A stretch of 62,866 bases of DNA, filler included. It is 5 parts of 5 records of this genome, joined end to end, with 100 filler letters (N's around TTAATTAATTAA, not from the genome) between each part and the next. Parts side by side here need not be neighbours in the genome. Positions count along the whole stretch, not along the records: positions 1 to 29,806 come from SRR20825015_141; 4 more parts are not named here. One strand, written 5' to 3'. How positions within the stretch are numbered: position 1 is the stretch's first letter; each line of letters opens with the position of its first letter. The notes under the pieces are model-generated. The model saw nothing but the letters and a program-made list of their open reading frames with translations, had not been told where the DNA came from and did no database searches. Shown here one piece after another: positions 17,043 through 27,387 of the stretch. Position numbers and translations under genes: made by a program.

Positions 17043-17639
17043 TTAGCTCTTCATTTCATTTAAAATTAGGTCATCAACTCGCTCTAGAGTCGAAGAAAGA
17101 AAGGATCTGTTTTCATTCGTCAAAGCGAGAAATATCCCTCCTTGAATCATTGAGAAGATGCTTTTCGAGTAAGCGTCAATGTCAATACTACTTCGAATTT
17201 CCCCTTTTTCAATTCCCATTTGAATGACGCTGGCCAATTCAGTTAAAATAGAGTTCGCTACTTTTTTAGCTGCCTCAAATAAAATTGGGTTATTGAATTT
17301 CGCATCAGCACTAACATTGAGTAGGGGACAGCCCCCAAATTCGACAACTAGGTGATAGTATTTTTTGTAAAAGTTGGAAACCGAAAGCAGTTTATCGATG
17401 CTTGATTTGTGTTTTGCCATTTCTGGGATAAGCGGAGAAATCGACTTTTCAAAATTAAAATAGAAAGATTTCAATGCGAGATCTTCTTTGTTTTTGAAGT
17501 TGCCGTAGAGCGCTCCTTTGGTCAATCCAGTGGCTTTGGTAAGATCAGAAAGACTCGTACCAATATAACCCTGTCTATTGAAAATCGGAGCTACCGTTTC
17601 CAAAATAAAGAGTGCCGTTGGTGAGAGATCTCGTTTCAT
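17043..17639 (-). CDS. TetR/AcrR family regulator
   Basis: FNRQGYIGTSLSDLTKATGLTKGALYGNFKNKEDL; GGCPLLN; ATG 17639 preferred because a TACTTTTG -7 element lies at 17646-17653. Confidence 0.92.
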   Translation of the reverse strand: MKRDLSPTALFILETVAPIFNRQGYIGTSLSDLTKATGLTKGALYGNFKNKEDLALKSFYFNFEKSISPLIPEMAKHKSSIDKLLSVSNFYKKYYHLVVEFGGCPLLNVSADAKFNNPILFEAAKKVANSILTELASVIQMGIEKGEIRSSIDIDAYSKSIFSMIQGGIFLALTNENRSFLSSTLERVDDLILNEMKS

Positions 17640-17659
17640 GATAGGCAAAAGTAGTAAAA

Positions 17660-17675
17660 TATACCGATTGGTATA
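17660..17675. promoter_or_regulatory. TetR operator candidate 2 (autoregulatory)
   Basis: TATACCGATTGGTATA just upstream of the -7 element of tetR. Confidence 0.75.
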
Positions 17676-17724
17676 TATGTTGATGCTTATTTTTCTGAAC
17701 GTGTGAAAAGGTGAGACTCTCTGA

Positions 17725-18387
17725 TTATGGATGGCATGTTTGGTCTAACGAGAGAATCCTCGCGTCAATGCGACTTTGGCATTTCTCAATTCCTTCGCAG
17801 TTCAGCGGCGAATCTGTCTTATTAAAAATAAGATGATTCATTGGAACAGCATTTAATTCAAGATATTCCTGAAAATTTCGAATTCTTTCCTGCGCGAGGG
17901 ATAGAGATTCTTTAGGATTTCGGACATGAATAAATTCGATGCATACTGATGGATTTTCCTTGATTACATTGATGAGAAGATGAACTTGAAACTGTGTGAA
18001 CTCTTCTGTTTCATTGAGTTCATAGATGGCATATAAACCACCGTGATTTACAGGGAGAGACATTAATTCTAATTCAAAAAAGAAGTCAGTTGTGAATTCA
18101 TTTTCAATTTTGAAGCGAGTTTCCCTAGATTGATAATTTTTGTAGTGAGTGGTAAGCTTTACTTCGCTTCCAATCTCTAATTCAACCACAACGGAGAATT
18201 TTCCATCTTCATCTGAATAAATTCGTTGGATGGTATCGAAACCAATCGATAAAATTACTTCGACATCTTTTATCGCAGAAAAATCATCTGTTTGGGTGAC
18301 TCCTTCTATTCTAATTGATCTAGTTTGCGACCATGACAAGTTGCCTAGAAAGCATATTAGTAAGCTCAATAACAGTTTTTTAGTCAT
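17725..18387 (-). CDS. Hypothetical exported protein
   Basis: Signal peptide; N-terminal beta-sandwich-like segment (SDEDGKFSV); 220-aa ORF. Confidence 0.65.
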   Translation of the reverse strand: MTKKLLLSLLICFLGNLSWSQTRSIRIEGVTQTDDFSAIKDVEVILSIGFDTIQRIYSDEDGKFSVVVELEIGSEVKLTTHYKNYQSRETRFKIENEFTTDFFFELELMSLPVNHGGLYAIYELNETEEFTQFQVHLLINVIKENPSVCIEFIHVRNPKESLSLAQERIRNFQEYLELNAVPMNHLIFNKTDSPLNCEGIEKCQSRIDARILSLDQTCHP

Positions 18388-18490
18388 TTCTTTGTTTTGA
18401 TCGACGATTGTGGACCTTATGCTGCGTTTCCTTCTAGCGGTTTGATATCGTTAAGTTCTCTTCTTCTAACTCCTGTTTTTGTTTTCAATT

Positions 18491-19249
18491 TCACCACTTC
18501 GAAAATTCAAGTTCATCAAAGTCCTTAATCTTCGAAAGTTGAAGTAATTTTTCCACGGTCAAATTCTTCCATGTATCCTTGAATACTTCATTTTCGGGGT
18601 CTTCCGTATCGATATTAATATTCTCCTTGATGAGCTTTTTCTTTGTGAGAAAGTTATAGCTTTCACTTCGCGATACAATTGGTCCGCGGTTTTCGCTTTG
18701 ATCAAAGCCGATTAACTCAAAATCGTTTTGTTTGTAGCGAAATGTGTATTTCCAAAAGCCGTATCGTCCGTGAGAATAATTCATGTAGAGTTTTCCTTTT
18801 TTAATTTCGATATCTAATTCTGGAGCGAAGTAAACTCCACCATCTTCATTCTCGGAAGAAAAGCAATCTTCATTTTTTACAACGAGTTCGTAGCTTGCTT
18901 TGTTCTTTGTGAGTACAATAATCCCTCGTCGGTTTCGATCTAATTCTCCTTGATATTCATCTTTGATTATTTTGTTTTTCTTCGTTCCCTTGATGATAAG
19001 CACGCAATCGTCAACGCTATCGTTATTTAAATCGCCGTAAATTTCCTTGAAAATAACATAGCCTGCAGGTAAGAAATCGGATGGAAGTTTCGTTTGATCT
19101 GTTTCAACTGTGTTGCTTTCCGGTTCCGATTGCTCTACATTAACTTCTTGATTTTGATCCTTTTTTGGGTTAGTTTTCTCTTGTTCGGTACAACGATTGT
19201 TAATCCAAAGCAGAAAGGGAAGGATTAGTAAAGGAATGGTTCTATTCAT
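18491..19249 (-). CDS. Hypothetical exported protein or lipoprotein
   Basis: Signal-like N-terminus; GDLNNDSVDD FG-GAP-like motif; YTFRY...FELIGFD. Confidence 0.7.
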   Translation of the reverse strand: MNRTIPLLILPFLLWINNRCTEQEKTNPKKDQNQEVNVEQSEPESNTVETDQTKLPSDFLPAGYVIFKEIYGDLNNDSVDDCVLIIKGTKKNKIIKDEYQGELDRNRRGIIVLTKNKASYELVVKNEDCFSSENEDGGVYFAPELDIEIKKGKLYMNYSHGRYGFWKYTFRYKQNDFELIGFDQSENRGPIVSRSESYNFLTKKKLIKENINIDTEDPENEVFKDTWKNLTVEKLLQLSKIKDFDELEFSKW

Positions 19250-19479
19250 AGTGTTTTTTAGTTGGTTTTTGCCCGTTTTGTAATCGGAATAGTATTCTAG
19301 GCTTGGCGCAGTTTAACTCTTCCAGATTTTTGTTTAAAGTAAGAAATAGATTCCGATTCTGAGTTGACGATGTGAAAGACTCGAAATAGTTTCGGATCAG
19401 TTGTAAAGAAAAAAAGAGGAGTAATTGTTAGAAGGAATATTTTAAGAATCGTTTTCATTAATAAGAATTGCTGACGCTG

Positions 19480-20535
19480 TTAACTGCGTACAATTTTCGA
19501 TTTCTTATGTACCTTATTCGAAATGATCAATAAGGTAGAGTTAGCTAGAATTAAAATACCGATTTTACCGAGAACAAACCAGGATAAATTAGAATAATTC
19601 GCATCCAGTAGCAAACCTAAAACACCCATACCGAAGTACCAAACGCAAATTATCGCAATAAGTATTCCTATTAGCACGGTTTTACGAAACGGGATTAAGT
19701 AACCCAAGAGAGTACCAAATATCAGAAATAGTAGGATATAAAATGGAGTAAAGTGAATAACCATGATTTCATCTCGATAGTTATTTTGCTGCTCTTTTAG
19801 AGTATCTATATACTGCAAAATGGGAAGGTTTATGAAGAGATCATCATTGCGCTCGACTCCATCCCATTTCTTCGATGATGTAAGAATATCTATCGGCTCG
19901 ATTGAACTTGATCCAAAATCAATTTTTTCTAAAACACTCTCTCGTTGCGAAGTGGGAATCATTAGTGCAAGATGATCCACTAATTTGTCTTCAAGATCCT
20001 TTATTTCAACGTTTAGGTTGTCAATTTTTTCATGCAGACCATTCAAATTGGGTGATTTTAGCAATTCAAAAGTGTTTGGATCTTGAACTAACTTTTCTCC
20101 TGGCTCCAGCAACTGTACTTCAAATATCATTGTATAGAAACTCCGCTTGACAGGTTCGTCATAAAAAGCACCGTAAGCCCAAAGGATTATTCCCAATGGG
20201 ATAATAACAATCAGATCTCTTTTGATTGTGATTATTGGATTTATGTTTTTGAGCCTCACCAATCGATAAACTAAAGCTCCAGAGAAAAAAAACAGAGGAA
20301 CGAATAAGTCCGATAATCTTGACCCAATGGAGTAGGCGGAGAGTTTAAAAAGCTGACCTACTGTGAGTGAATTAGTAAATACATCATTCCAATAATGATA
20401 GTAGAATACAACAACAACGTGTAGAGCAAGAATGGCAAAAGTGATTCCTAGATATTTCAACCATTGTATGGACGTAAGCGACGTTTTTAGGGGATTTAAA
20501 GTCGAATTTGAAGTCCTAGGCTGATGTGAGGTCAT
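19480..20535 (-). CDS. Hypothetical multi-pass membrane protein
   Basis: Three N-terminal and three C-terminal hydrophobic helices around a soluble loop (topology reminiscent of LptF/LptG). Confidence 0.65.
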   Translation of the reverse strand: MTSHQPRTSNSTLNPLKTSLTSIQWLKYLGITFAILALHVVVVFYYHYWNDVFTNSLTVGQLFKLSAYSIGSRLSDLFVPLFFFSGALVYRLVRLKNINPIITIKRDLIVIIPLGIILWAYGAFYDEPVKRSFYTMIFEVQLLEPGEKLVQDPNTFELLKSPNLNGLHEKIDNLNVEIKDLEDKLVDHLALMIPTSQRESVLEKIDFGSSSIEPIDILTSSKKWDGVERNDDLFINLPILQYIDTLKEQQNNYRDEIMVIHFTPFYILLFLIFGTLLGYLIPFRKTVLIGILIAIICVWYFGMGVLGLLLDANYSNLSWFVLGKIGILILANSTLLIISNKVHKKSKIVRS

Positions 20536-20604
20536 TTTTGTTTAAATTGGGAAGTGTGCTTTTATAGATGCTTATTGAGTTTTAAAACGTTATTCTATGA
20601 ATTT

Positions 20605-21078
20605 TCATCGTGTGATAAGCTCGATTAATAAAATATTATTTTTCCCAACTAGGAGATGCCCATCTGTTGTAAGTGCTCTTGGATAATCTATATTCCATTT
20701 GCTGTTTTTAGGTAAAAACTGTTTCCAATTATCAACTTTTATGGTACCTGACTCTTCGGATAGACTTATTTTTTCGATTTCAGAAGAGTCCAGCTTGAAT
20801 GCAAAAAGCATTGTCCAGTCGGACGGCCCAGGAACGAGCCCAGATCCATTATCAGAATACATTATATGATACTCAACATCTTCATAATGAAATTTTGGAG
20901 AATAGTATTTTTCCATGAAAGCAATTTTTTCAGCATCGCTCTTAAAAATGGTACTGATAGTGTCGGTTGATTTATCTTGATAAGAATTGCACCCAGTCAA
21001 ACTAACGGTAAATAATACTAAAGCAAATATTAAATTTTTCATACTATAGTTTATAGTAGGTAATTTATAGATTGGCAT
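20605..21078 (-). CDS. Hypothetical lipoprotein
   Basis: Lipobox SLTGC after MKNLIFALVLF; VPGPSDW motif. Confidence 0.65.
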   Translation of the reverse strand: MPIYKLPTINYSMKNLIFALVLFTVSLTGCNSYQDKSTDTISTIFKSDAEKIAFMEKYYSPKFHYEDVEYHIMYSDNGSGLVPGPSDWTMLFAFKLDSSEIEKISLSEESGTIKVDNWKQFLPKNSKWNIDYPRALTTDGHLLVGKNNILLIELITR

Positions 21079-21254
21079 CTAAAATATCATTTATGGCAGA
21101 TATAAGCAATAACAGTCTTGCTAAGTGCCATTCATGTGAGTGAATGTTCATTTTTAGTTTGTGGTACTTTGCTTATGCAGACTTACGAAAATTTATGCTT
21201 AATCCCCAAGTTTTGATCTTCACCCCGTTTATTCCAAGGTCAAAATCATTCCAT

Positions 21255-21288
21255 AAAAAAAGGGTTTCAGAAAAATCTGAAACCCTTT
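21255..21288 (-). terminator. Intrinsic terminator downstream of tRNA-Val
   Basis: AAAGGGTTTCAG / CTGAAACCCTTT inverted repeat with T-run on the minus strand. Confidence 0.85.
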
Positions 21289-21298
21289 GAATGTGTTG

Positions 21299-21373
21299 TG
21301 GGAGTTGAGGGATTCGAACCCCCGACCCTCTGCTTGTAAGGCAGATGCTCTAAACCAACTGAGCTAAACTCCC
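21299..21373 (-). tRNA. tRNA-Val(TAC)
   Basis: GGGAGTT TA GCTC AGTTGGTTTA GAGC A TCTGC CTTACAA GCAGA GGGTC GGGGG TTCGAAT CCCTC AACTCCC A; CCA not encoded. Confidence 0.97.
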
Positions 21374-21406
21374 GCTTATTGTTGACTCGTTTGCCAAAAG
21401 CGTGTG

Positions 21407-21437
21407 CAAATATACACTTGATTTGCGTAATGACAAA
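21407..21437 (-). promoter_or_regulatory. Bacteroidota housekeeping promoter for tRNA-Val
   Basis: Minus strand TTTG-N19-TATATTTG matches -33/-7 consensus TTTG-N19-21-TAnnTTTG. Confidence 0.7.
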
Positions 21438-21453
21438 CAAAAAATGGAAAAAA

Positions 21454-22683
21454 TTAAAAAAAATCGCTGATTAAAAAGAAGCTCCCAATAATCAAAATTG
21501 TATCGCCTTGTTTTGCAGTGTTTTGTGCTTTGCTCAATGCTGAGGCGAAATTTGAAGAAAAATTGACTTTTTTTAGTTGGAGTGGTTCAATGGCGTTTTT
21601 TAGTTGGTCAAGTGTCGCTGAACGTGGACTTGAAAACATCGTAAAATAGAATGAAGCGTCTTTTGGAAAGAGTGCTACGATACTATGGATGTCTTTATCG
21701 GAACTCGTTCCATATACGATGTGAAGATCTCCCTTTTGATACTGTTGGAGGGATCCAAGGGTTTTTTCGATTCCATCAGGGTTGTGCGAAACATCTAAAA
21801 TCGTTAATGGATCGTGTCCCACAACTTGCATTCTCGCTCGAAGTCCAGAGTTGGTAGATAAATTATCTAGACCTTTGAGAATTGCCGTGCTACTGATTAC
21901 AAAGTGTGATGTAAGGGCGTTCAGTGAAGTAATTACCAAACGATAGTTATCATGTTGATAATTGCCCAATAATGGAAAATTAGAAGGGATTTCTACTGAC
22001 GAATCGGTTAATATTAGAGTTGAATCTCGTGATTCAGCAATTTCGGTAAATTGAGTGAGTAAAGAATCTGACATCGGTCCCAAAACGACAGGTGTATTTT
22101 CTTTTATGATTCCTCCTTTTTCTGCGGCAATTAATTCTAGTGTGTCACCTAAAAATTGGGTGTGTTCCAAACTGATATTGGTAATGACACTAAGAATAGG
22201 AGAGATGATGTTTGTTGCATCCAACCGACCACCAAGACCAGTTTCAATGATACACACGTCGCAACCTTGATTTTTGAAATAATCCAACGAAAGTGCGAAA
22301 GTGATTTCAAAGAAGGACGGCTCAAAATCGAAGGTATGCTGCTGAATTCGATATACAAAATCTACGACAGCTTCTTTGGAGATCGCAGTTCCATTAATTC
22401 TAATTCGTTCCGTAAAGTCTTCTATGTGTGGTGACGTGTATAAGCCGACTGAATACCCGCTCTCTGTGAGCATGGAAGCCATCATGGAGCAGGTCGAACC
22501 TTTTCCATTACTTCCGGCAACGTGCACAAAAGTTAGATCGTTTTGGGGATTTCCAATCCAATCGAGTAAGCGACGAATATTATCGAGTGTTGGCTTAAAA
22601 GCCTTAGCGCCTATAAGTTGGTACTGAGGAAACTGCTGAAAAAGCCATTCCGTTACCTCGAGGTACTGTTTAGTTAGCGTCAA
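21454..22683 (-). CDS. folC: Folylpolyglutamate synthase/dihydrofolate synthase
   Basis: HVAGSNGKGS, YTSPH, ETGLGGRLDATN, LDVSHN. Confidence 0.95.
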   Translation of the reverse strand: MTLTKQYLEVTEWLFQQFPQYQLIGAKAFKPTLDNIRRLLDWIGNPQNDLTFVHVAGSNGKGSTCSMMASMLTESGYSVGLYTSPHIEDFTERIRINGTAISKEAVVDFVYRIQQHTFDFEPSFFEITFALSLDYFKNQGCDVCIIETGLGGRLDATNIISPILSVITNISLEHTQFLGDTLELIAAEKGGIIKENTPVVLGPMSDSLLTQFTEIAESRDSTLILTDSSVEIPSNFPLLGNYQHDNYRLVITSLNALTSHFVISSTAILKGLDNLSTNSGLRARMQVVGHDPLTILDVSHNPDGIEKTLGSLQQYQKGDLHIVYGTSSDKDIHSIVALFPKDASFYFTMFSSPRSATLDQLKNAIEPLQLKKVNFSSNFASALSKAQNTAKQGDTILIIGSFFLISDFF

Positions 22684-23404
22684 TGTTTACGGAAAGAAAA
22701 ACTTGAACTGGCGGAGATCCAGGATCTTTATTGTATTTCACCTGTCTTTTTACGGCGTCTTTCACCTTGTTAATCATCACACCATCCGAAGTGGTTGTTT
22801 GAGGCGTATGAACTGCTGAAATAACATTTCCATCCTCATCAATTGTGAGTTTCAGGTGAATGAGAACATCGTTGGAAGAAGTGATATTATCAACATTAGG
22901 ATCGTTTAAACGAATTCGATTTTTACCAGACCCACTAATTCCAGGTCCTTTACCATCTGTACCTTTGTCAGTTCCAAATTTGCCATCTTCACCACCGTCA
23001 TGGCCATTATTGTTTCCTCCTGGAGCAAAAGGATCGTCGGATGGTTTGGGCGAACTTGGTTTATTTGTCTGATTGTTCGCGTTCGTATGATTGGATTCTC
23101 CTGTTTTAACTTTAGTCTTCGGATTCGTCGTCTTAGTGATGATTTTTTCCGTTTGATCTTGCGGTTTATCCAATGGAGCATCTACTGGTCGTCCAGAACC
23201 TGACCCACCTGCAACCGTTAATTTTTCAATAAGAACTTCATCCAACGGCGGCATTTCCGTTTTAAGAGGAATATCTACCGGCGGTGGATCTGGAAATTCA
23301 AATTTCACAAGTATGAGCACTACAACCATCAGAGCTGACGCCACAATGGCGATAATCAGCCCATTTCGTTTGTCAATGTCGTTTACTACTGGAGTTGCTG
23401 CCAT
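22670..23404 (-). CDS. TonB-like energy transducer
   Basis: Single N-terminal TM helix, Pro/Gly-rich linker, C-terminal TonB-like domain; follows exbB-exbD. Confidence 0.75.
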   Translation of the reverse strand: MAATPVVNDIDKRNGLIIAIVASALMVVVLILVKFEFPDPPPVDIPLKTEMPPLDEVLIEKLTVAGGSGSGRPVDAPLDKPQDQTEKIITKTTNPKTKVKTGESNHTNANNQTNKPSSPKPSDDPFAPGGNNNGHDGGEDGKFGTDKGTDGKGPGISGSGKNRIRLNDPNVDNITSSNDVLIHLKLTIDEDGNVISAVHTPQTTTSDGVMINKVKDAVKRQVKYNKDPGSPPVQVFLSVNIDAN

Positions 23405-23414
23405 AATTTTTGTT

Positions 23415-23831
23415 TTATTTTTCGTAAGCTAAAACGGGATCCCATCCATTTGCTTGACATAATGCAAGGACCTTGAAAACCGCTTCATAAGATGCTTTAC
23501 GATGACCAGCGATTTTTAGTTTCGTTTTTTCCGATTGAATTACTGCCGCAGCCGCCAATTCTTTGATTTCTTCGAATTCCAAGTTCTCAGTTACACCCAA
23601 TGCTGATCGCACTGTGTAGGTATCATCTTCGGTAACTTCAACGGTTGGTTGAACTTGTTCTTGCTCTGGCGGTGGAGCAGGTTCCCCAGCCTCAGGTAAA
23701 TCCACGGTTACTTGGCTATTACTCATCAAACTCATAATAATGAAGAAGATGAGCAGTAGGAACACCAAGTCGGTCATAGAAGCCATTCCGCCTTCTACTT
23801 TCGTTTTATTGGTTGTTTTAAATCCTCCCAT
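23415..23831 (-). CDS. exbD: Biopolymer transporter ExbD
   Basis: SMTDLVFLLLIFF motif. Confidence 0.9.
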   Translation of the reverse strand: MGGFKTTNKTKVEGGMASMTDLVFLLLIFFIIMSLMSNSQVTVDLPEAGEPAPPPEQEQVQPTVEVTEDDTYTVRSALGVTENLEFEEIKELAAAAVIQSEKTKLKIAGHRKASYEAVFKVLALCQANGWDPVLAYEK

Positions 23832-23839
23832 TGCTTAAA

Positions 23840-24553
23840 TTATTTCCCTGGTTCGTTTAATAGATCCATAAATTCTAACGCATCATTCTCCATTTGGTAC
23901 ACTACTTTTTCAATTCGTGCTACCAAATAGTTGTAACCGATGTAAGAAATAATACCAACAACCAAGCCAGCAACTGTTGTTACCATCGCAGTCATGATCC
24001 CCGGAGCGATTACTTTAATATCCAATGACGTTGCTTGACCTAAATCCATGAACAAACCTACCATTCCGACTGTAGTTCCCAAGAACCCAATCATTGGTGC
24101 CGCTCCAGAAGCAGTTCCTAAAAAGCTGATTCGTTGTTCCAAACGAGAAACTTCTAATTTACCAGCGTTTTCAATAGATGCAGAAATACTGTCGATTGGC
24201 TTCCCTAAACGGTTGATTCCTTTCAAAAGCATTCTAGCAGAAGGAGATTCAGAACGCGTGCAATAATCTTTAGCAGCATCAATTTTTCCGTCAAGAATGT
24301 AATCACGTACTTTTTCAAGAAGACCTGATTTTTCTTTCAACGCTTTTCTCAATGCGAAGTAGCGTTCTGCAAAAATAAAGATGGCATATCCCATCATCAA
24401 GGCGAGAATAATTACAATAATCCAACCACTCCAGCCAATTCCTTCTTGAGCAAGTTCGTTATTTCCTTTCAGAACATTCCACAAAGAAACATCCTTAACA
24501 CCTGTTGACGGAGCACCTGTAGTCTCAATCTGAAGTAAAAATGATAAATTCAT
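23840..24553 (-). CDS. exbB: MotA/TolQ/ExbB proton channel protein
   Basis: APMIGFLGTTVGM, AMVTTVAGLVVGI. Confidence 0.9.
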   Translation of the reverse strand: MNLSFLLQIETTGAPSTGVKDVSLWNVLKGNNELAQEGIGWSGWIIVIILALMMGYAIFIFAERYFALRKALKEKSGLLEKVRDYILDGKIDAAKDYCTRSESPSARMLLKGINRLGKPIDSISASIENAGKLEVSRLEQRISFLGTASGAAPMIGFLGTTVGMVGLFMDLGQATSLDIKVIAPGIMTAMVTTVAGLVVGIISYIGYNYLVARIEKVVYQMENDALEFMDLLNEPGK

Positions 24554-24614
24554 AATTTGTATTATCTAAAGTAAACGGTTAACAATTAGTTGTATTCTCT
24601 CTTGTTTCAATTTT

Positions 24615-26027
24615 TTAAGCGTGCTCGAGCAAGAAAATTCCAGCTCCGGCAAGATAACCAATCAATGCTAGTCCTGCAATATTCTTCAAATACCAGAAAA
24701 AGGAAATCTTTTCCATTCCCATGGCAACAACTCCTGCCGCCGATCCGATAATTAACATACTACCTCCAGTTCCAGCTGCGTATGCGATAAAATGCCAAAT
24801 TGGCGAATCAGTAGCATACATAAGTTCACCAGCTTCATTCACCGCTTGCATGTCAAACATTCCCATGGAAGCCGCAACTAAAGGCACATTATCAATTACT
24901 GCTGATCCAGCTCCAAGCAACATAACGAATAAATTATTGTCCATCGAAGCTTGAACATCTTGACCGAATTCAAAAATCAAGCCTAAAGATTCAAGTGCCG
25001 CTACAGTCATCAAAATCCCTAAGAAAAATAGGATGGAAGGCATTTCAATACTTCCCAATGCTTTGAATGTTGGACTACTGTGATGTCCTCCATGTGCTTC
25101 TTGTTCTTCGTTATCAGCTATACTTGTTAAAGAAAACTGTCTTGCACTGATCAACTCCGCAACTAAAGCAACAACTCCTAGAGAAAGCATCATTCCAATG
25201 TACGGAGGTAAATGTGTCATTGTTTTAAATACAGGAACGAACACGATCATAATCAATCCTAAGTATAACATTAACGGTCCGCGTTTGTTTTGGTTACCTT
25301 CTTCTTCAGGAGACTCGAACGTTCCTTTGAAAGGCTTCATGAAACTTGCGATAAACGTTGGAAGTGCCATACAAACGAGTGACGGTATGATTAGGTATTC
25401 CATAAGGGCAACAGTTGTCACCTTTTTCCCCATCCATAACATCGTTGTAGTAACATCACCAATTGGAGACCATGCACCACCAGCATTTGCAGCAATAATG
25501 ATCATTCCGGCATACCACATTCGAAGGTTACCGTCTGCAATTAGCTTACGAAGAATTGTAATTAAAACAATTGTTGCAGTAAGGTTATCAATGATCGCTG
25601 AAAGAATAAATCCTAGGATACATACGATCCAAAGCAACGAACGCTTCTTTTTCGTACGGATAAAGTTTTTAATTGTTGAGAACCCATCAAAATGATCAAT
25701 AATCTCTACGATTGTCATTGCTCCAACAAGGAAAATAAGAATCTCTGCTGTTTTCCCGAAATGGTGTAACAAGGTTGATTCCATCCATGATGCTTTGGTT
25801 GTTTCATGAATGTTCTCTGAATGTGCAGCCAAACTTCCGAAACCTTCTACAAGGTGTCCGTTGTGACTATCAAACCAACTAGTAAAGCCATCTAGACCGA
25901 ATGCAACACCAGCCCACGCAAGTGCCATCATTAATAAAGCTGGAATTAGCTTGTCAATTTTCAAAGTGTGTTCTAGTGTAATGGCTAAATAACCGAGGAC
26001 AAAGACACAAACAATAAAGAGGATCAT
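24615..26027 (-). CDS. nhaD: Na+/H+ antiporter NhaD
   Basis: LSAIIDNLTAT, AANAGGAWSPIGDVTTTMLW, SAVIDNVPLVAA, AGTGGSMLIIGSAAGV. Confidence 0.92.
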   Translation of the reverse strand: MILFIVCVFVLGYLAITLEHTLKIDKLIPALLMMALAWAGVAFGLDGFTSWFDSHNGHLVEGFGSLAAHSENIHETTKASWMESTLLHHFGKTAEILIFLVGAMTIVEIIDHFDGFSTIKNFIRTKKKRSLLWIVCILGFILSAIIDNLTATIVLITILRKLIADGNLRMWYAGMIIIAANAGGAWSPIGDVTTTMLWMGKKVTTVALMEYLIIPSLVCMALPTFIASFMKPFKGTFESPEEEGNQNKRGPLMLYLGLIMIVFVPVFKTMTHLPPYIGMMLSLGVVALVAELISARQFSLTSIADNEEQEAHGGHHSSPTFKALGSIEMPSILFFLGILMTVAALESLGLIFEFGQDVQASMDNNLFVMLLGAGSAVIDNVPLVAASMGMFDMQAVNEAGELMYATDSPIWHFIAYAAGTGGSMLIIGSAAGVVAMGMEKISFFWYLKNIAGLALIGYLAGAGIFLLEHA

Positions 26028-26051
26028 TTTTTTAGTTTTTGAGGGTTTAGT

Positions 26052-27281
26052 TTATACAAGTTGTTGTAAGGCAATTTCAAATGCCGTTTTAGCAAGACCG
26101 ATTTTGGAGTCTTTCTTACTTTTGGCTTTCGCAATGGCATTTTTGATGATTTCGCTTGTGTCAGAAAAGATTCCTTCATCAGTAAGTTCACCTAAATCAT
26201 TACTCATTAGGTAAGCAAAGACACGCGCCATACCGCAATTCGAGATGAAATCTGGAATAACAGTCAAGCTATTATCTGCTTTATCAGCGATTTTACCAAA
26301 GAAAATTTCTGGGTCTGCGAAAGGAACATTTGCTCCTGCAGAAATCACTTCCATACCGTTCGCAATCATTCTGTCTAATTGGTCTTCAGTGATCAATCGA
26401 GACGCTGCACATGGAATGAAAACTTCAGCTTTCAAATCCCAAATCTTTGCATTCACTTCGTCGAAGGAGAGCATATTTGGAGCGTTCAGTTGATTACCTT
26501 TCTTGGAATTGAATAATGTGCGAATTTCTTCGAGCGAAAATCCATTTTCATTTATAAGTCCACCAGCGCGATCGATGATTCCGACAATTTTCGCGCCTTG
26601 TTGTGCTAAATAATAAGCTCCTGCTGAACCTACATTTCCCCAACCTTGAACAATTACTCTTTTCCCTTCAACTTGTCCGCCAAAGAGATTGTAAAAGTGT
26701 TTTATAGATTCTGCAACGCCATATCCAGTAATCATATCAGCGACAACATACTTTCTGTTGACATCTGGAGAATATTGTGTATCCTCAATTACTTTCAAAA
26801 CGCCTAATCGGAGTTGACCGATTCGATTAATTTTCTGAGCGTCACGTGGTTGAAAGTGTCCATTAAACACGCCTTCCTGTGGATGCCAAACTCCGCAGTC
26901 TTCCGTAATTGGAATAACTTCGTGAATTTCATCGACATTCAAATCTCCACCTGTACCGTAATAGTGTTTTAAAAGTGGAGTTACTGCGGCATACCATCTA
27001 CGAAGAACGCCCTCTTTTCGTGGATCTTGTGGATCAAAATTTATCCCTGACTTCGCACCGCCAATTGGAGGCCCAGCTACAGTAAATTTCACTTCCATTG
27101 TTTTTGCAAGCGATTCAACTTCTCTCTTATCGAGTCCAGCGCGCATCCGAGTTCCTCCTCCTGCTGCACCTCCACGAAGTGAATTTATAACTACCCAACC
27201 TTCAGCTTCTGTTTCCGCATCTTTCCATTCAAATACGATCTCTGGTTGCTTATTTTCAAATTTTTGAAGTAATTCTTTCAT
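26052..27281 (-). CDS. Glu/Leu/Phe/Val dehydrogenase family protein (Bacteroidota type)
   Basis: SLRGGAAGGGTRM, GGAKSGI, QGWGNVG, GANVPF, PDFISNCG. Confidence 0.88.
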   Translation of the reverse strand: MKELLQKFENKQPEIVFEWKDAETEAEGWVVINSLRGGAAGGGTRMRAGLDKREVESLAKTMEVKFTVAGPPIGGAKSGINFDPQDPRKEGVLRRWYAAVTPLLKHYYGTGGDLNVDEIHEVIPITEDCGVWHPQEGVFNGHFQPRDAQKINRIGQLRLGVLKVIEDTQYSPDVNRKYVVADMITGYGVAESIKHFYNLFGGQVEGKRVIVQGWGNVGSAGAYYLAQQGAKIVGIIDRAGGLINENGFSLEEIRTLFNSKKGNQLNAPNMLSFDEVNAKIWDLKAEVFIPCAASRLITEDQLDRMIANGMEVISAGANVPFADPEIFFGKIADKADNSLTVIPDFISNCGMARVFAYLMSNDLGELTDEGIFSDTSEIIKNAIAKAKSKKDSKIGLAKTAFEIALQQLV

Positions 27282-27387
27282 CGATTTTATTCCATTCTAT
27301 AGTCAACAAAGTTAACAAAGTATTTTATCTGCTTAGGGATTTTTTATGGGTTTTGAATTGAGTTACTAACACGGTTTTTGTTGATAA

